Part shown: piece by piece, positions 7,279-7,462 of the stretch
Position numbering within the stretch: the stretch's first letter is position 1
Layout: every line of letters begins with the position of its first letter
Assembly: GCA_965644295.1 (NCBI GenBank)
Contig: CBFFRP010000627.1
Span: 1-7,462, forward strand
DNA from: Paraphysomonas bandaiensis
Taxonomy: Eukaryota > Protista > Chrysophyceae
Direction: 5' to 3'
Length of the DNA stretch: 7,462 nucleotides
Program-made: the position numbers and the translations under genes
Notes under the pieces: generated by a model
Database searches by the model: none
What the model saw: the letters and a program-made list of their open reading frames with translations, nothing else
What the model was told of the DNA's origin: nothing

Positions 7279-7462
7279 ATGGAATCAACTACCACGGAAT
7301 CAACTACCACGGAATCAACTACCACGGAATCAACTACCACGGAATCAACTACCACGGAATCAACTACCACAGGGGGCATTAGAAAAGTCGGTGATGGGGA
7401 AACCAAAAATCGTAACTCCTCTGCGTTAGCTCAGTTTGCGAAGTACTTGGAGATGCGGTTCG
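7279..7462 (+). CDS. 5' part of a putative gene of unknown function, truncated by the window end: M(ESTTT)x6 GGIRKVGDGETKNRNSSALAQFAKYLEMRF...
   Basis: An ATG at 7279 sits at the start of the 15-bp repeat, and the frame is open for 61 codons to the window edge (so it is absent from the ORF track). The post-repeat sequence is protein-like and more GC-rich than the introns. An alternative in-frame ATG lies at 7228, and the upstream stop is TGA at 7174-7176. Confidence 0.5.
   Translation, partial: MESTTTESTTTESTTTESTTTESTTTESTTTGGIRKVGDGETKNRNSSALAQFAKYLEMRF
7281..7370 (+). repeat. Perfect tandem repeat, 6 x GGAATCAACTACCAC (15 bp)
   Basis: Six identical adjacent units start at 7281, 7296, 7311, 7326, 7341 and 7356, with no spacers. 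Confidence 0.98.

Noticed and set aside
7281-7370. CRISPR array or telomeric repeat
   Set aside because: The units are directly adjacent with no spacers, there are no cas genes, and the context is eukaryotic. The array is internal and is in frame with an ATG.

Overview
Eukaryotic genomic DNA: AT-rich, with short GT-AG introns of 51-144 bp. It looks like a compact protist genome, but the organism cannot be fixed from the sequence. Two complete intron-containing genes converge. One is a 7-exon secreted cathepsin X/Z-like papain-family cysteine peptidase on + (71-1523, 282 aa). The other is a 5-exon MAP kinase kinase (STE7/MAP2K-like) on - (6678-4237, 666 aa) with a putative N-myristoylation motif, a D-site, an alphaC-beta4 insertion, a non-canonical activation loop and a long C-terminal tail. 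The 2.7 kb gap between their 3' ends has no convincing gene but carries fold-back structures and diverged direct repeats. Upstream of the kinase lies a CCAAT-rich divergent promoter-like region. It is followed by an ORF missing from the ORF track, which starts with a perfect 6 x 15 bp repeat (ESTTT x6) and runs off the window end. I cannot support a complete new biological system here. The best leads are the atypical MAP2K, the truncated repeat-headed ORF and the structured, duplicated intergenic block.
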